Positions 19,719 to 26,645 are shown, counted from the stretch's first letter. The stretch: DNA of 64,000 nucleotides from a virus (IMGVR_UViG_3300048587_000389:1-64000), one strand, 5' to 3'. Numbers and translations: made by a program. The notes: a model not told the origin generated them from the letters alone.

Positions 19719-20984
19719 ATGATTAGCTACGTAGTTGTGGAGCCCAATAAGGCACACGTAGTAGTAACAATGGGGAGAGGACGCAAAGTTTATCACCCAT
19801 CAAAAGAAGGATCGGCAAGTGCTTATTGGTACATCGGTCTTTTAATGAGACGTATCATCGTATCTCTTGAGAACGTAAAGCATGAGATTAATGATATCGT
19901 TCTAAGAGACAAGAATGTGGCACCATTCAACTGTGACATCACATGTTGGTTTAAGATCACAGATCCTCAACTTGCAGCAGAAAAGCTTGATGTAGATGAA
20001 GATGGCAACATCATGCAGTCTATTCGAGAAACACTCAATGCTCAAGTTCAAGGTGTAGCAAGAGACGCTGCAATGAAACAAGAGATTCTTGAATTGATGC
20101 GTGACCGCAAAACATTCAGTGAGACTCTCAAATCAGTGGTCAACGGTGATCTTGATGAGTGGGGTGTCCAATTAGTGAAACTCGAAATCATTGACTTTAC
20201 TGATGTTCCAAACAGCAGTGTCATTAAAGATTACGAAGCACGAAGCCAAGCAGAGATCAGTTCTTTGACTCGTATTAAAGTTGCAGAACAAGATCAACTT
20301 GCTCAAGTTAAAGAAGCAGTAGCAAAGAAAACTGCTGAACAAGCAAATATCGATGCTGATCAAGTAATTGAGTTGCGTACCATTGAGAAAGAGCAAACAG
20401 TTGGTGAACGTAAAGAAGCTTCAAGACTTGAAGTTGCAAAGGCTGCTGAAAAAGCAAACACTCAAGAAGTTTTGGCGCAAAAGACCAAAGTTCTTGGTGA
20501 AGCTGAATACACTGCTTTGGCTTTGAAGAAGAAAGCAGAAGGTGAGAAAGACGCTACAATTGAAGAGGCAACAGGTAAAGCAGAGGCTGTTAAGCTTGAG
20601 GCAGAAGCACAAGCAGAAGCTAAGACAAAGACTGGTACTGCTGAAGCAGAAGTCATTCGTCAAACTGGTACTGCTGAAGCTGATGCTACTGAAAAGAAAG
20701 CTGAGGCTCAGAAGAAATTCACAGATGTGTCCAAAGATATTGAGTTGGCTAAACTTGCTGCTGAAGTCATCAAAGTCAAGTTCACCTCAATGGCTGCTGC
20801 AGTAGAAAAAGCTAATGTCAATGTGGTTACACCAGACATGAAGTTTATGGGCTTCGGAGCAGAAGAAGGTGCAGGAATTGGCGCAATGGTGAAAGCTCTT
20901 CAATCTGTATCAGGTATTGACTTACCAAAAGCAGTTGAAGCAGGTGCAAAAGCATTAGCAAAGCCAACCACAACAAAGGCTTAA
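19719..20984 (+). CDS. SPFH/band-7 (flotillin-like) protein with long A/E/K-rich coiled coil
   Basis: N-terminal SPFH-like domain then about 200 aa of AEAKT-type repeats. Confidence 0.5.
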   Translation: MISYVVVEPNKAHVVVTMGRGRKVYHPSKEGSASAYWYIGLLMRRIIVSLENVKHEINDIVLRDKNVAPFNCDITCWFKITDPQLAAEKLDVDEDGNIMQSIRETLNAQVQGVARDAAMKQEILELMRDRKTFSETLKSVVNGDLDEWGVQLVKLEIIDFTDVPNSSVIKDYEARSQAEISSLTRIKVAEQDQLAQVKEAVAKKTAEQANIDADQVIELRTIEKEQTVGERKEASRLEVAKAAEKANTQEVLAQKTKVLGEAEYTALALKKKAEGEKDATIEEATGKAEAVKLEAEAQAEAKTKTGTAEAEVIRQTGTAEADATEKKAEAQKKFTDVSKDIELAKLAAEVIKVKFTSMAAAVEKANVNVVTPDMKFMGFGAEEGAGIGAMVKALQSVSGIDLPKAVEAGAKALAKPTTTKA

Positions 20985-20985
20985 T

Positions 20986-21132
20986 ATGATGGTCTACAAG
21001 GTTATTATCATGGAAGATGAATATGTCCTTGAAGATCTCCTTAACGAGTGGGCCGCCGAAGGATGGCGGCTTCACTCTGTTGAGTCGGAGTATAGAACAA
21101 ACATTATAATTTTTGAAAAGGAGAAGGTATGA
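20986..21132 (+). CDS. small protein (48 aa)
   Basis: ATG overlaps previous stop; below track cut-off. Confidence 0.3.
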   Translation: MMVYKVIIMEDEYVLEDLLNEWAAEGWRLHSVESEYRTNIIIFEKEKV

Positions 21133-21320
21133 ATATAAATCGCATTGTACGATTTGTCAAACTGGTCATTACAGTAATTGACGACATTTGGAGAATAAGC
21201 GCTTGGGAGAATGTGACTTGGTCATTTAATGGTACAAATGATGCAACAACACATCAGAAAAAGAGAGCTAATATCAAAGCCAAAGCAACAAAAGAGCACG
21301 GCACATTCAAAGATAAATAA
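21129..21320 (+). CDS. hypothetical small protein
   Basis: ATGA overlap with previous ORF. Confidence 0.4.
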   Translation: MNINRIVRFVKLVITVIDDIWRISAWENVTWSFNGTNDATTHQKKRANIKAKATKEHGTFKDK

Positions 21321-21329
21321 GGAGCACCT

Positions 21330-22100
21330 ATGAAGAAAATCATAGTCTTAGTTGCCCTCTTTGCTTTGTCTGTTACAACAGCTTTCGCAAAGTTCTCAAC
21401 TGGACTTCCAAACCCAAAAGCGTATGTCAGTGACTTTGCAAATGTCATTAGTCAAGAAGCAGAAGATCGCATCAATGAGAAACTCGACTACACAAAGAAG
21501 ATGACCACAAACGAAGTGGCAGTCGTTACGATTAAGAATCTCGGAGATGCATCAATAGAAGAGTACGGAATTGCTTTGGCTGATGAATGGAAGCCTGGAA
21601 CGGAAGAGGCAGACAACGGTGTCATTATGTTGTTTGCAATGGAAAATAGAAAAATGCGCATAGAAGTCGGTCAAGGACTTGAAGGAAAGCTTACAGATGT
21701 CAAAGCAAAGCGCATTTTAGATGATGTCATCAGACCAGAGTTCAAAGCAGAAAATTATGATGCTGGTGTTGAAAAAGGTGTAGATGAGGTTCTCCGAATA
21801 ATAAACTCATCAGAATCGGCAACAGTTGCTGAGCAGGAGACCACACAGAGTCCCAAAAAAGGCATCGGATTCTGGGGGTGGATGGTTATTATAATCATAG
21901 TTTTTGTGATTTTGGGCATACTAGGAGCTATCCTAGATGATGGTTCAGGAGGCACAACATCTTTTGACAGTGGTGGAGGTGGATTCTCTGGAGGATCGTT
22001 TACAAGTTTTAGCAGTAGCGATTCATCTGACAGTGGAAGCAGCTTTGACGGCTTCTCAGGTGGAAGCTTTAGCGGAGGCGGAGCCTCAGGAGGATGGTAA
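21330..22100 (+). CDS. TPM-domain (TLP18.3/DUF477-type) membrane protein with Gly/Ser-rich tail
   Basis: signal/TM, YVSDFANVIS ... GVIMLFAMENRKMRIEVGQGLE pattern of TPM phosphatase domain, TM, C-terminal GFSGGSFSGGGASGGW. Confidence 0.55.
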   Translation: MKKIIVLVALFALSVTTAFAKFSTGLPNPKAYVSDFANVISQEAEDRINEKLDYTKKMTTNEVAVVTIKNLGDASIEEYGIALADEWKPGTEEADNGVIMLFAMENRKMRIEVGQGLEGKLTDVKAKRILDDVIRPEFKAENYDAGVEKGVDEVLRIINSSESATVAEQETTQSPKKGIGFWGWMVIIIIVFVILGILGAILDDGSGGTTSFDSGGGGFSGGSFTSFSSSDSSDSGSSFDGFSGGSFSGGGASGGW

Positions 22101-22101
22101 T

Positions 22102-22410
22102 ATGTTAGATGCATCATGTTTTATTTGTCATAGACACATCTTTAATGCTGAAGATCTTGTAGAACACTTTCAGGACTGGCATAGTGAAGAGTTTGATGAT
22201 ACACATATTCTCATCTTAGCAGGAATGTGTATTGAAGGCCTCAAAGAAGCTGTTCAAGAAAAGATGGACAACACAGATGACGGAGACGGAAGTGACTTTG
22301 ATCTTGGCAGTTCTATAGATGTATTCGATTCATTGAGTACTGCAAAGAAAGTATTCGACGGATTCAGTGGCGGCAAATTTAGTGGAGGTGGCGCAAAAAG
22401 TGATTGGTGA
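22102..22410 (+). CDS. Cys/His-containing small protein with C-terminal GFSGGKFSGGGAKSDW tail
   Basis: GGAGGATGG RBS; C-terminal tail paralogous to that of the TPM protein. Confidence 0.45.
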   Translation: MLDASCFICHRHIFNAEDLVEHFQDWHSEEFDDTHILILAGMCIEGLKEAVQEKMDNTDDGDGSDFDLGSSIDVFDSLSTAKKVFDGFSGGKFSGGGAKSDW

Positions 22411-22462
22411 AAAAGTATGTACAAATACACGAAAACGTGGTATAATGTACTAACAATCACAT

Positions 22463-22536
22463 TCCTAAGTAGCATAATGGGCAAATGCAAGCGGCTGTTA
22501 ACCGCAAGACTGAAGGTTCGAATCCTTCCTTAGGAG
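22463..22536 (+). tRNA. tRNA-Asn (anticodon GUU)
   Basis: acceptor TCCTAAG/CTTAGGA, loop CTGTTAA, T-arm GAAGGTTCGAATCCTTC. Confidence 0.65.
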
Positions 22537-22541
22537 CAGTC

Positions 22542-22615
22542 GGGAGTATAATGTTAGAGGTCTAGCATATCACTCTTCCAAAGTGAAAGGGCCAGTTCGA
22601 ATCTGGTTACTCCCT
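22542..22615 (+). tRNA. tRNA-Gly (anticodon UCC)
   Basis: acceptor GGGAGTA/TACTCCC, anticodon stem TCACT/AGTGA, loop CTTCCAA. Confidence 0.75.
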
Positions 22616-22813
22616 CAAGGTATATGGTGACAAAGGAAGAGCAGTCACCGGTTCTGCACAATGGAGGATGCTCTAAGTGACCGTGCAGCTAAGTTGCCAA
22701 CAAGCCATACCTTACTAGACCGGGCCTTAGGGTAAAATTGCGATTTTATCTCTGCTTTAAACCAAGGTCGTTTAGCAGTTGAGCGGGTGCAATTCCCGCA
22801 CCGGTATCAATAC
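22616..22813 (+). ncRNA. structured non-tRNA insert in tRNA array (candidate small RNA or degenerate tRNA)
   Basis: hairpins GGTGAC...GTCACC, CTGCAC...GTGCAG, GCGGGTGCAATTCCCGC; no canonical T-arm or acceptor pairing found. Confidence 0.25.
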
Positions 22814-22887
22814 GGGACATTAGTTCAGCGGTCAAGAACACCAAGCTTATACCTTGGGAGTCGTAGGTTCGAATCCTACATGTCCCA
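22814..22887 (+). tRNA. tRNA-Ile (anticodon UAU)
   Basis: acceptor GGGACAT/ATGTCCC, anticodon stem CCAAG/CTTGG, loop CTTATAC. Confidence 0.7.
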
Positions 22888-22954
22888 CACTGTCTTTTGG
22901 GAGTAACTGATACTACCGCAGGTACTTCAGCACAGCCTCACCATAAGACGGTAT

Positions 22955-23029
22955 GCAGAATTAGCTCAGTTGGTCAAGAGTACTTCATTGACATTGAAGG
23001 GGTCACAAGTTCGAATCTTGTATTCTGCA
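22955..23029 (+). tRNA. tRNA-Val (anticodon GAC)
   Basis: acceptor GCAGAAT/ATTCTGC, anticodon stem CTTCA/TGAAG, loop TTGACAT. Confidence 0.75.
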
Positions 23030-23184
23030 CACTGTATAGGTTTAGCGGCCTATACCTCGGTCCCTACCTCGAAAGAGCGTCCGAGTACCTTAGCGGGTTT
23101 TAAGATGGGTTGCCTGACGGGGCGTAAACACTGGTGTGACCTAAACTTCGGCGGTCGGTCGAAGCACGGTTATCACTGGCACAT
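23030..23184 (+). ncRNA. second structured non-tRNA insert (candidate small RNA)
   Basis: CTCGG...CCGAG stem and GC-rich hairpins, no tRNA consensus, no ORF of 30 aa or more. Confidence 0.2.
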
Positions 23185-23258
23185 GCTTGCTTAGCTCAGC
23201 GGTCAAGAGCGCCGGTGTTACATACCGGGCGTCACAGGTTCGAATCCTGTAGCGAGCA
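23185..23258 (+). tRNA. tRNA-Val (anticodon UAC)
   Basis: acceptor GCTTGCT/AGCGAGC, anticodon stem CCGGT/ACCGG, loop GTTACAT. Confidence 0.7.
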
Positions 23259-23342
23259 CACGATGCAGAGTTGCACGTCCTGTGGAGGGACTGGTCTAGT
23301 ATCGGTCCTGTTGAAGCAGGGAACGACAACTCTCATCCACAT

Positions 23343-23416
23343 TGCCAAGTGGAGTAACGGGTAATCTCGTCTGTCTCTGAAACAGAAGATTGATAGTTCG
23401 AATCTATCCTTGGCAG
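23343..23416 (+). tRNA. tRNA-Gln (anticodon CUG)
   Basis: acceptor TGCCAAG/CTTGGCA, anticodon stem TCTGT/ACAGA, loop CTCTGAA. Confidence 0.65.
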
Positions 23417-23424
23417 CTTAACAT

Positions 23425-23498
23425 TCCGGAGTCGTCTAATTGGTCGAGGACACAAGACTTTGAATCTTGGAATCTGGGTTCGAACCCTAGCACCGGAG
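23425..23498 (+). tRNA. tRNA-Gln (anticodon UUG)
   Basis: anticodon stem CAAGA/TCTTG, loop CTTTGAA; acceptor TCCGGAG/CACCGGA has one mismatch. Confidence 0.55.
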
Positions 23499-23530
23499 CA
23501 TAGGAGCACAAAATAAACGAAAGGAAGATT

Positions 23531-23650
23531 ATGTTATACCAGATTGGTCTAATAGTTGTAGGAGTAGTTTATGTAGCAAGAACACGCAAGTTCGATGAAT
23601 TTGTGGCTCTTGATTTAGTATTGGTTTTGAGAGCTTTCGGGCTTATCTAA
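23531..23650 (+). CDS. small membrane peptide (39 aa)
   Basis: GAAAGGAAG RBS; MLYQIGLIVVGVVYVARTRKFDEFVALDLVLVLRAFGLI. Confidence 0.4.
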   Translation: MLYQIGLIVVGVVYVARTRKFDEFVALDLVLVLRAFGLI

Positions 23651-23658
23651 ACAGAAGA

Positions 23659-23732
23659 CGACCAGTAACTCAACGGATTAGAGTACCTGTCTTCGAAACA
23701 GTTTGTTGCAGGTTCGAATCCTGCCTGGTCGA
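23659..23732 (+). tRNA. tRNA-Arg (anticodon UCG)
   Basis: acceptor CGACCAG/CTGGTCG, loop CTTCGAA, T-arm GCAGGTTCGAATCCTGC. Confidence 0.65.
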
Positions 23733-23785
23733 CGAAAGATGTGGATCGCAATTATAACCACAGTGAAATAAAAAGATTGCGTCAA

Positions 23786-23859
23786 GCTTGTGTATATCAT
23801 CGGTCAAGATAGCTTCTCTGATAAAGAAGAGGTAGAAGGTTCGATTCCTTCCACAAGCA
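23786..23859 (+). tRNA. tRNA-Ile (anticodon GAU)
   Basis: acceptor GCTTGTG/CACAAGC, anticodon stem CTTCT/AGAAG, loop CTGATAA. Confidence 0.75.
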
Positions 23860-23986
23860 CCGCAGGTGGAGACTTTGATCTGAAGGTCTCATAAATGCAG
23901 TAATGCTAAGCAGTTGTAGATGTGAGGTTGCGATGTATCAGGTATGCTACAAGAATCAGTCCTGAACACAACCAGCCTGTGACAAT

Positions 23987-24063
23987 GATCGGGTAGCTTA
24001 ACGGACTAGAGCAGGTCCCTTCTAAGGACAAGGTTGAGGGTTCGATTCCCTCCCCGATCACCA
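23987..24063 (+). tRNA. tRNA-Arg (anticodon UCU), CCA encoded
   Basis: acceptor GATCGGG/CCCGATC, loop CTTCTAA, T-arm GAGGGTTCGATTCCCTC, then ACCA. Confidence 0.7.
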
Positions 24064-24064
24064 T

Positions 24065-24139
24065 GGGTCCTTAGCTCAGTTGGACTAGAGCAATCGGCTT
24101 TTAACCGATGTGTCCCGGGTTCGAGCCCCGGAGGACTCA
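24065..24139 (+). tRNA. tRNA-Lys (anticodon UUU)
   Basis: acceptor GGGTCCT/AGGACTC (GU), anticodon stem ATCGG/CCGAT, loop CTTTTAA. Confidence 0.75.
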
Positions 24140-24171
24140 CTATTTACAAACGCTGTATTCAATGATATAAT
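24140..24171 (+). promoter_or_regulatory. promoter ACTATTTACAA(16)TGaTATAAT
   Basis: family motif with extended -10. Confidence 0.5.
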
Positions 24172-24180
24172 CATGAGTAT

Positions 24181-24324
24181 ATGTGGAAAAAGATAGAACA
24201 ATTATTTGAATACATAAACAAACTGCTTGAACCAAAGTGTTGGCGATGTGGAGGATCAAACATGTACTACGGCGGATACTATCAAGAGAAACGATATTGT
24301 TCTGATTGCGGTAAAAGCGCATAA
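24181..24324 (+). CDS. zinc-ribbon small protein (47 aa)
   Basis: CWRCGG ... CSDCG paired CxxC. Confidence 0.4.
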   Translation: MWKKIEQLFEYINKLLEPKCWRCGGSNMYYGGYYQEKRYCSDCGKSA

Positions 24325-24326
24325 AT

Positions 24327-24402
24327 GGTGTCTGTAGTGTAGCGGTCAAACACGTCTGCTTGTGGAGCAGAAATTCGCGAGTTCGAATCTCGTCAGACAC
24401 CC
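24327..24402 (+). tRNA. tRNA-His (anticodon GUG)
   Basis: acceptor GGTGTCT/AGACACC, anticodon stem TCTGC/GCAGA, loop TTGTGGA. Confidence 0.75.
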
Positions 24403-24404
24403 TA

Positions 24405-24550
24405 TGAAAGACAGTGCACTCTTTAGTCTGTATTTGAAGCTGAATACGAAGTATCCTTGGTCGAAAGATCCTGAGAAACATCAAAAGAAGCTCAAATGGA
24501 TCAAGAATTTGATGATCAAAAGAGGTACAAAGAATAACAAGGCGCATTAG
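24405..24550 (+). CDS. possible small basic protein (48 aa)
   Basis: ATG just after tRNA-His; the longer track ORF 24362 starts inside the tRNA. Confidence 0.25.
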
Positions 24551-24614
24551 ATTAGCGGTAAAAATCGACTCCCTCTCAAGGAGTAGACCATCGGTTCGAA
24601 TCCGATATGCGTCA
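24541..24614 (+). tRNA. tRNA-Glu (anticodon CUC)
   Basis: acceptor GGCGCAT/ATGCGTC (GU), anticodon stem ACTCC/GGAGT, loop CTCTCAA. Confidence 0.65.
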
Positions 24615-24619
24615 CCCAT

Positions 24620-24692
24620 TGCTCTGTAGTTCAACGGATCAGAACACATCCCTGCGAAGGATGAAATGAGAGTTCGATTCTCTCTGGAGCAA
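24620..24692 (+). tRNA. tRNA-Arg (anticodon GCG)
   Basis: anticodon stem CATCC/GGATG, loop CTGCGAA; acceptor has two GU pairs. Confidence 0.5.
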
Positions 24693-24789
24693 CAAAGACA
24701 GATATAAAAGCGTTATGAGTCTCCGTAATGAGCCTCATCTGTGCACAAAAACAAAACTACAAGTTGCAACGAAGCTTGTCTGTCAAAAT

Positions 24790-24864
24790 GGCGCTATAGA
24801 ATAATTGGAATAGTTCGCTTGGTTTTCACCCAGGATGATACGGGTTCGAATCCCGTTAGCGTCA
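24790..24864 (+). tRNA. tRNA-Glu (anticodon UUC)
   Basis: acceptor GGCGCTA/TAGCGTC, anticodon stem CTTGG/CCAGG (GU), loop TTTTCAC, irregular D-arm. Confidence 0.5.
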
Positions 24865-24877
24865 CAGAGGAGCAAAT

Positions 24878-25204
24878 ATGACACTTAATGATTATCAAAA
24901 GAAGGCTATCATAACAGCAATCTACCCTTCTTTGTATGCAGTAGTCTACCCAGCACTCGGATTGAGTGGCGAAGCAGGTGAAGTAGCAGAGAAAGTCAAA
25001 AAGATAATCAGAGACAAGTCAGGTGTGGTTGATGAGGCCACAAAAGAAGCTATCAAAAAAGAACTTGGTGATGTGCTTTGGTATGTAAGTGCACTCTCTA
25101 GAGATCTCGGATTCACACTAGAGGAAGTAGCACAAGCTAATATAGATAAACTAACCAAAAGACATCAAGAAAACAAGATTCATGGCGAAGGCGATGATCG
25201 TTGA
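24878..25204 (+). CDS. MazG-like nucleotide pyrophosphohydrolase
   Basis: LGLSGEAGEVAEKVKK and ELGDVLWYVSALSRDLGFTLEEV, all-alpha NTP-PPase signature. Confidence 0.65.
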   Translation: MTLNDYQKKAIITAIYPSLYAVVYPALGLSGEAGEVAEKVKKIIRDKSGVVDEATKEAIKKELGDVLWYVSALSRDLGFTLEEVAQANIDKLTKRHQENKIHGEGDDR

Positions 25205-25276
25205 TACGGTGCCAGAATGGACAAATGGAGCTGCCTGCAAAGCAGCGTTGTAAGAGTTCGAGTCTCTTCCGTATCT
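25203..25276 (+). tRNA. tRNA-Cys (anticodon GCA)
   Basis: acceptor GATACGG/CCGTATC, anticodon stem GCTGC/GCAGC, loop CTGCAAA. Confidence 0.65.
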
Positions 25277-25280
25277 CAAT

Positions 25281-25355
25281 GGGTCTGTAGCTCAGTTGGT
25301 CCAGAGCAGCTCCCTCTTAAGGAGATTGTCGGTGGTTCGAGTCCACTCAGACTCA
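25281..25355 (+). tRNA. tRNA-Lys (anticodon CUU)
   Basis: acceptor GGGTCTG/CAGACTC (GU), loop CTCTTAA, T-arm GGTGGTTCGAGTCCACT. Confidence 0.7.
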
Positions 25356-25374
25356 CAAAGTATACAGTATACAG

Positions 25375-25403
25375 TTTACAGTATACTATAAACGTGATAT
25401 AAT
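25375..25403 (+). promoter_or_regulatory. promoter TTTACA(17)TGaTATAAT, followed by 15-codon mini-ORF and terminator
   Basis: preceded by three direct GTATACA repeats. Confidence 0.45.
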
Positions 25404-25494
25404 CAGATTATGCAAAACGCAACAACATTACTATATACCTTGTTTAGTCTCACATAATGTGGGCTTAGGTATAGTGTTTTGTTTGAACATACTT

Positions 25495-25518
25495 AAGCCT
25501 CACTTAGAGGCTTTTTTA
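25495..25518 (+). terminator. rho-independent terminator (or attenuator) before tRNA-Tyr
   Basis: AAGCCTCACTTAGAGGCTT hairpin then TTTTTT. Confidence 0.55.
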
Positions 25519-25528
25519 GTATCTATAT

Positions 25529-25612
25529 GCTGTGTTGGCCGAGTGGATAAAGGCGGCAGACTGTAAATCTGTCACTCATAGAGTTACGGGAGTTCGAATC
25601 TCTCACACAGCA
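25529..25612 (+). tRNA. tRNA-Tyr (anticodon GUA), class II
   Basis: acceptor GCTGTGT/ACACAGC, loop CTGTAAA, long variable arm, T-arm GGGAGTTCGAATCTCTC. Confidence 0.75.
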
Positions 25613-25695
25613 CAAAGTGTAGTATGGGCAACTGAAACGTGGAGCGCAATAGCTTGAAAAGCTACCACTAAGACGCCGAACGCACTACACCTAAT

Positions 25696-25768
25696 GCCGA
25701 TCTAGCCAAGTTGGTCAAGGCGCTGGATTGAAAACCCAGAGATCTCGGTTCGAGCCCGGGGGTCGGCA
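25696..25768 (+). tRNA. tRNA-Phe (anticodon GAA)
   Basis: acceptor GCCGATC/GGTCGGC, loop TTGAAAA, D-arm GCCAAGTTGGTCAAGGC. Confidence 0.6.
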
Positions 25769-25839
25769 CAATGAGACGGTGTATTATCCTTGTCCGGACG
25801 AGGGTGGGAGTAAAAACCCGTAAACAAGTGTCTCAGCAT

Positions 25840-25913
25840 GTCCGTGTGGCCAAATGGGTAAAGGCTCTAGTCTTAGAAACTAGGATGTGCGAGTTCGAAT
25901 CTCGCCATGGACA
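25840..25913 (+). tRNA. atypical tRNA, anticodon UAG (Leu), Leu-type 3-bp D-stem and 11-nt D-loop but short variable arm
   Basis: acceptor GTCCGTG/CATGGAC, D GCC-AAATGGGTAAA-GGC, anticodon stem CTAGT/ACTAG, loop CTTAGAA, 5-nt V region, discriminator A. Confidence 0.5.
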
Positions 25914-25917
25914 CAAT

Positions 25918-25997
25918 GCCGAAGTGGTGGAATTGGAATACACGTATGCCTAAGGAGCATATTCTTCGGATTGAGAGTTCGAGTCTCTCCTTCGGCA
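25918..25997 (+). tRNA. tRNA-Leu (anticodon AAG) with 11-nt variable arm
   Basis: acceptor GCCGAAG/CTTCGGC, D GTG-GAATTGGAATA-CAC, anticodon stem TATGC/GCATA, loop CTAAGGA, V-arm TTCTTCGGATT. Confidence 0.55.
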
Positions 25998-26071
25998 CAT
26001 TGTATTGAAAGTCAGAAAGCCTCTACTGCGGTGAAATAACGATGGGGAATGGCGTCCCCCAATACAACCAT

Positions 26072-26145
26072 GCCCGTATGGTGAAATGGGTAAACACAAC
26101 CGCCTCAAAAGCGGCAAGCTACAGGTTCGAGTCCTGTTATGGGCA
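26072..26145 (+). tRNA. atypical tRNA, anticodon CAA (Leu), same short-variable-arm architecture
   Basis: acceptor GCCCGTA/TATGGGC, D GTG-AAATGGGTAAA-CAC, loop CTCAAAA, discriminator A. Confidence 0.5.
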
Positions 26146-26196
26146 CAAGGAAAGGAGGTCACCATGAAATAGGTACAACTATTTTAAGGAGACTAT

Positions 26197-26364
26197 ATGT
26201 CTAAATGGAAGAGAAGGAAAGGTCACCGCATCTCAAGGAAAGATGAGAAGTGGGGCAAATCCGCGGATTGGTCAAGAATGATTCACAAATGGTGGGTTAT
26301 TGACTTATCAAAAAGAATGGAGCTTAGAAATAAGCTTCACCGATTAGACCTCAGCAATTATTGA
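26197..26364 (+). CDS. small basic protein (55 aa)
   Basis: AAGGAG RBS; MSKWKRRKGHRISRKDEKWGK..., Lys/Arg/Trp-rich. Confidence 0.4.
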   Translation: MSKWKRRKGHRISRKDEKWGKSADWSRMIHKWWVIDLSKRMELRNKLHRLDLSNY

Positions 26365-26452
26365 GGAGAGTTGGCAGAGTCTGGGTTATTGCAGCATCCT
26401 GCTAAGATGTCTGGTGAAAGCCACGCAGGTTCGAATCCTGTACTCTCCGCCA
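26365..26452 (+). tRNA. tRNA-Ser (anticodon GCU), class II, CCA encoded
   Basis: acceptor GGAGAGT/ACTCTCC, loop CTGCTAA, long V-arm, T-arm GCAGGTTCGAATCCTGT, GCCA 3' end. Confidence 0.75.
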
Positions 26453-26453
26453 A

Positions 26454-26527
26454 GCCGATGTAGCCAAACGGGTAAAGGCAGCGAGCTTAAACCTCGTAAT
26501 CTGTGGGTTCGAATCCCACCATCGGCA
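26454..26527 (+). tRNA. atypical tRNA, anticodon UAA (Leu), same short-variable-arm architecture
   Basis: acceptor GCCGATG/CATCGGC, D GCC-AAACGGGTAAA-GGC, anticodon stem GCGAG/CTCGT, loop CTTAAAC, discriminator A. Confidence 0.5.
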
Positions 26528-26531
26528 CCTG

Positions 26532-26563
26532 CTATTTACAATAGTATTCGAGTATGTTATAAT
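26532..26563 (+). promoter_or_regulatory. promoter GCTATTTACAA(17)TATAAT before tRNA-Thr
   Basis: family motif. Confidence 0.5.
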
Positions 26564-26571
26564 ACAATTAT

Positions 26572-26645
26572 GGCCGATTAGTTCAGTTGGACTAGAACAG
26601 ATCCCTTGTAACGATCAGACCAGAGTTCGAATCTCTGATTGGCCT
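26572..26645 (+). tRNA. tRNA-Thr (anticodon UGU)
   Basis: acceptor GGCCGAT/ATTGGCC (GU), loop CTTGTAA, T-arm CAGAGTTCGAATCTCTG. Confidence 0.65.

Noticed and set aside
20421-20805. ORFs 20542..20805 (+, Lys/Leu-rich) and 20421..20663 / 20462..20656 (-)
   Set aside because: Out-of-frame or reverse translations of the A/E/K-rich coiled-coil region of the SPFH gene
21937-22410. 157-aa ORF 21937..22410 spanning the end of the TPM gene
   Set aside because: Upstream part is an alternative frame of the Gly/Ser-rich tail of the TPM gene; real gene starts at ATG 22102 with GGAGG RBS
22616-22813. Considered tmRNA
   Set aside because: No GGGG...ACCA tRNA-like domain pairing, no canonical T-arm, no tag-peptide reading frame ending in a stop
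22897-26165. Numerous 60-170-aa ORFs in the ORF track overlapping tRNA genes (e.g. 23141..23329-, 24140..24649-, 25771..25953+, 25950..26165-)
   Set aside because: They run through or antisense to well-folded tRNA genes and lack RBS; considered spurious
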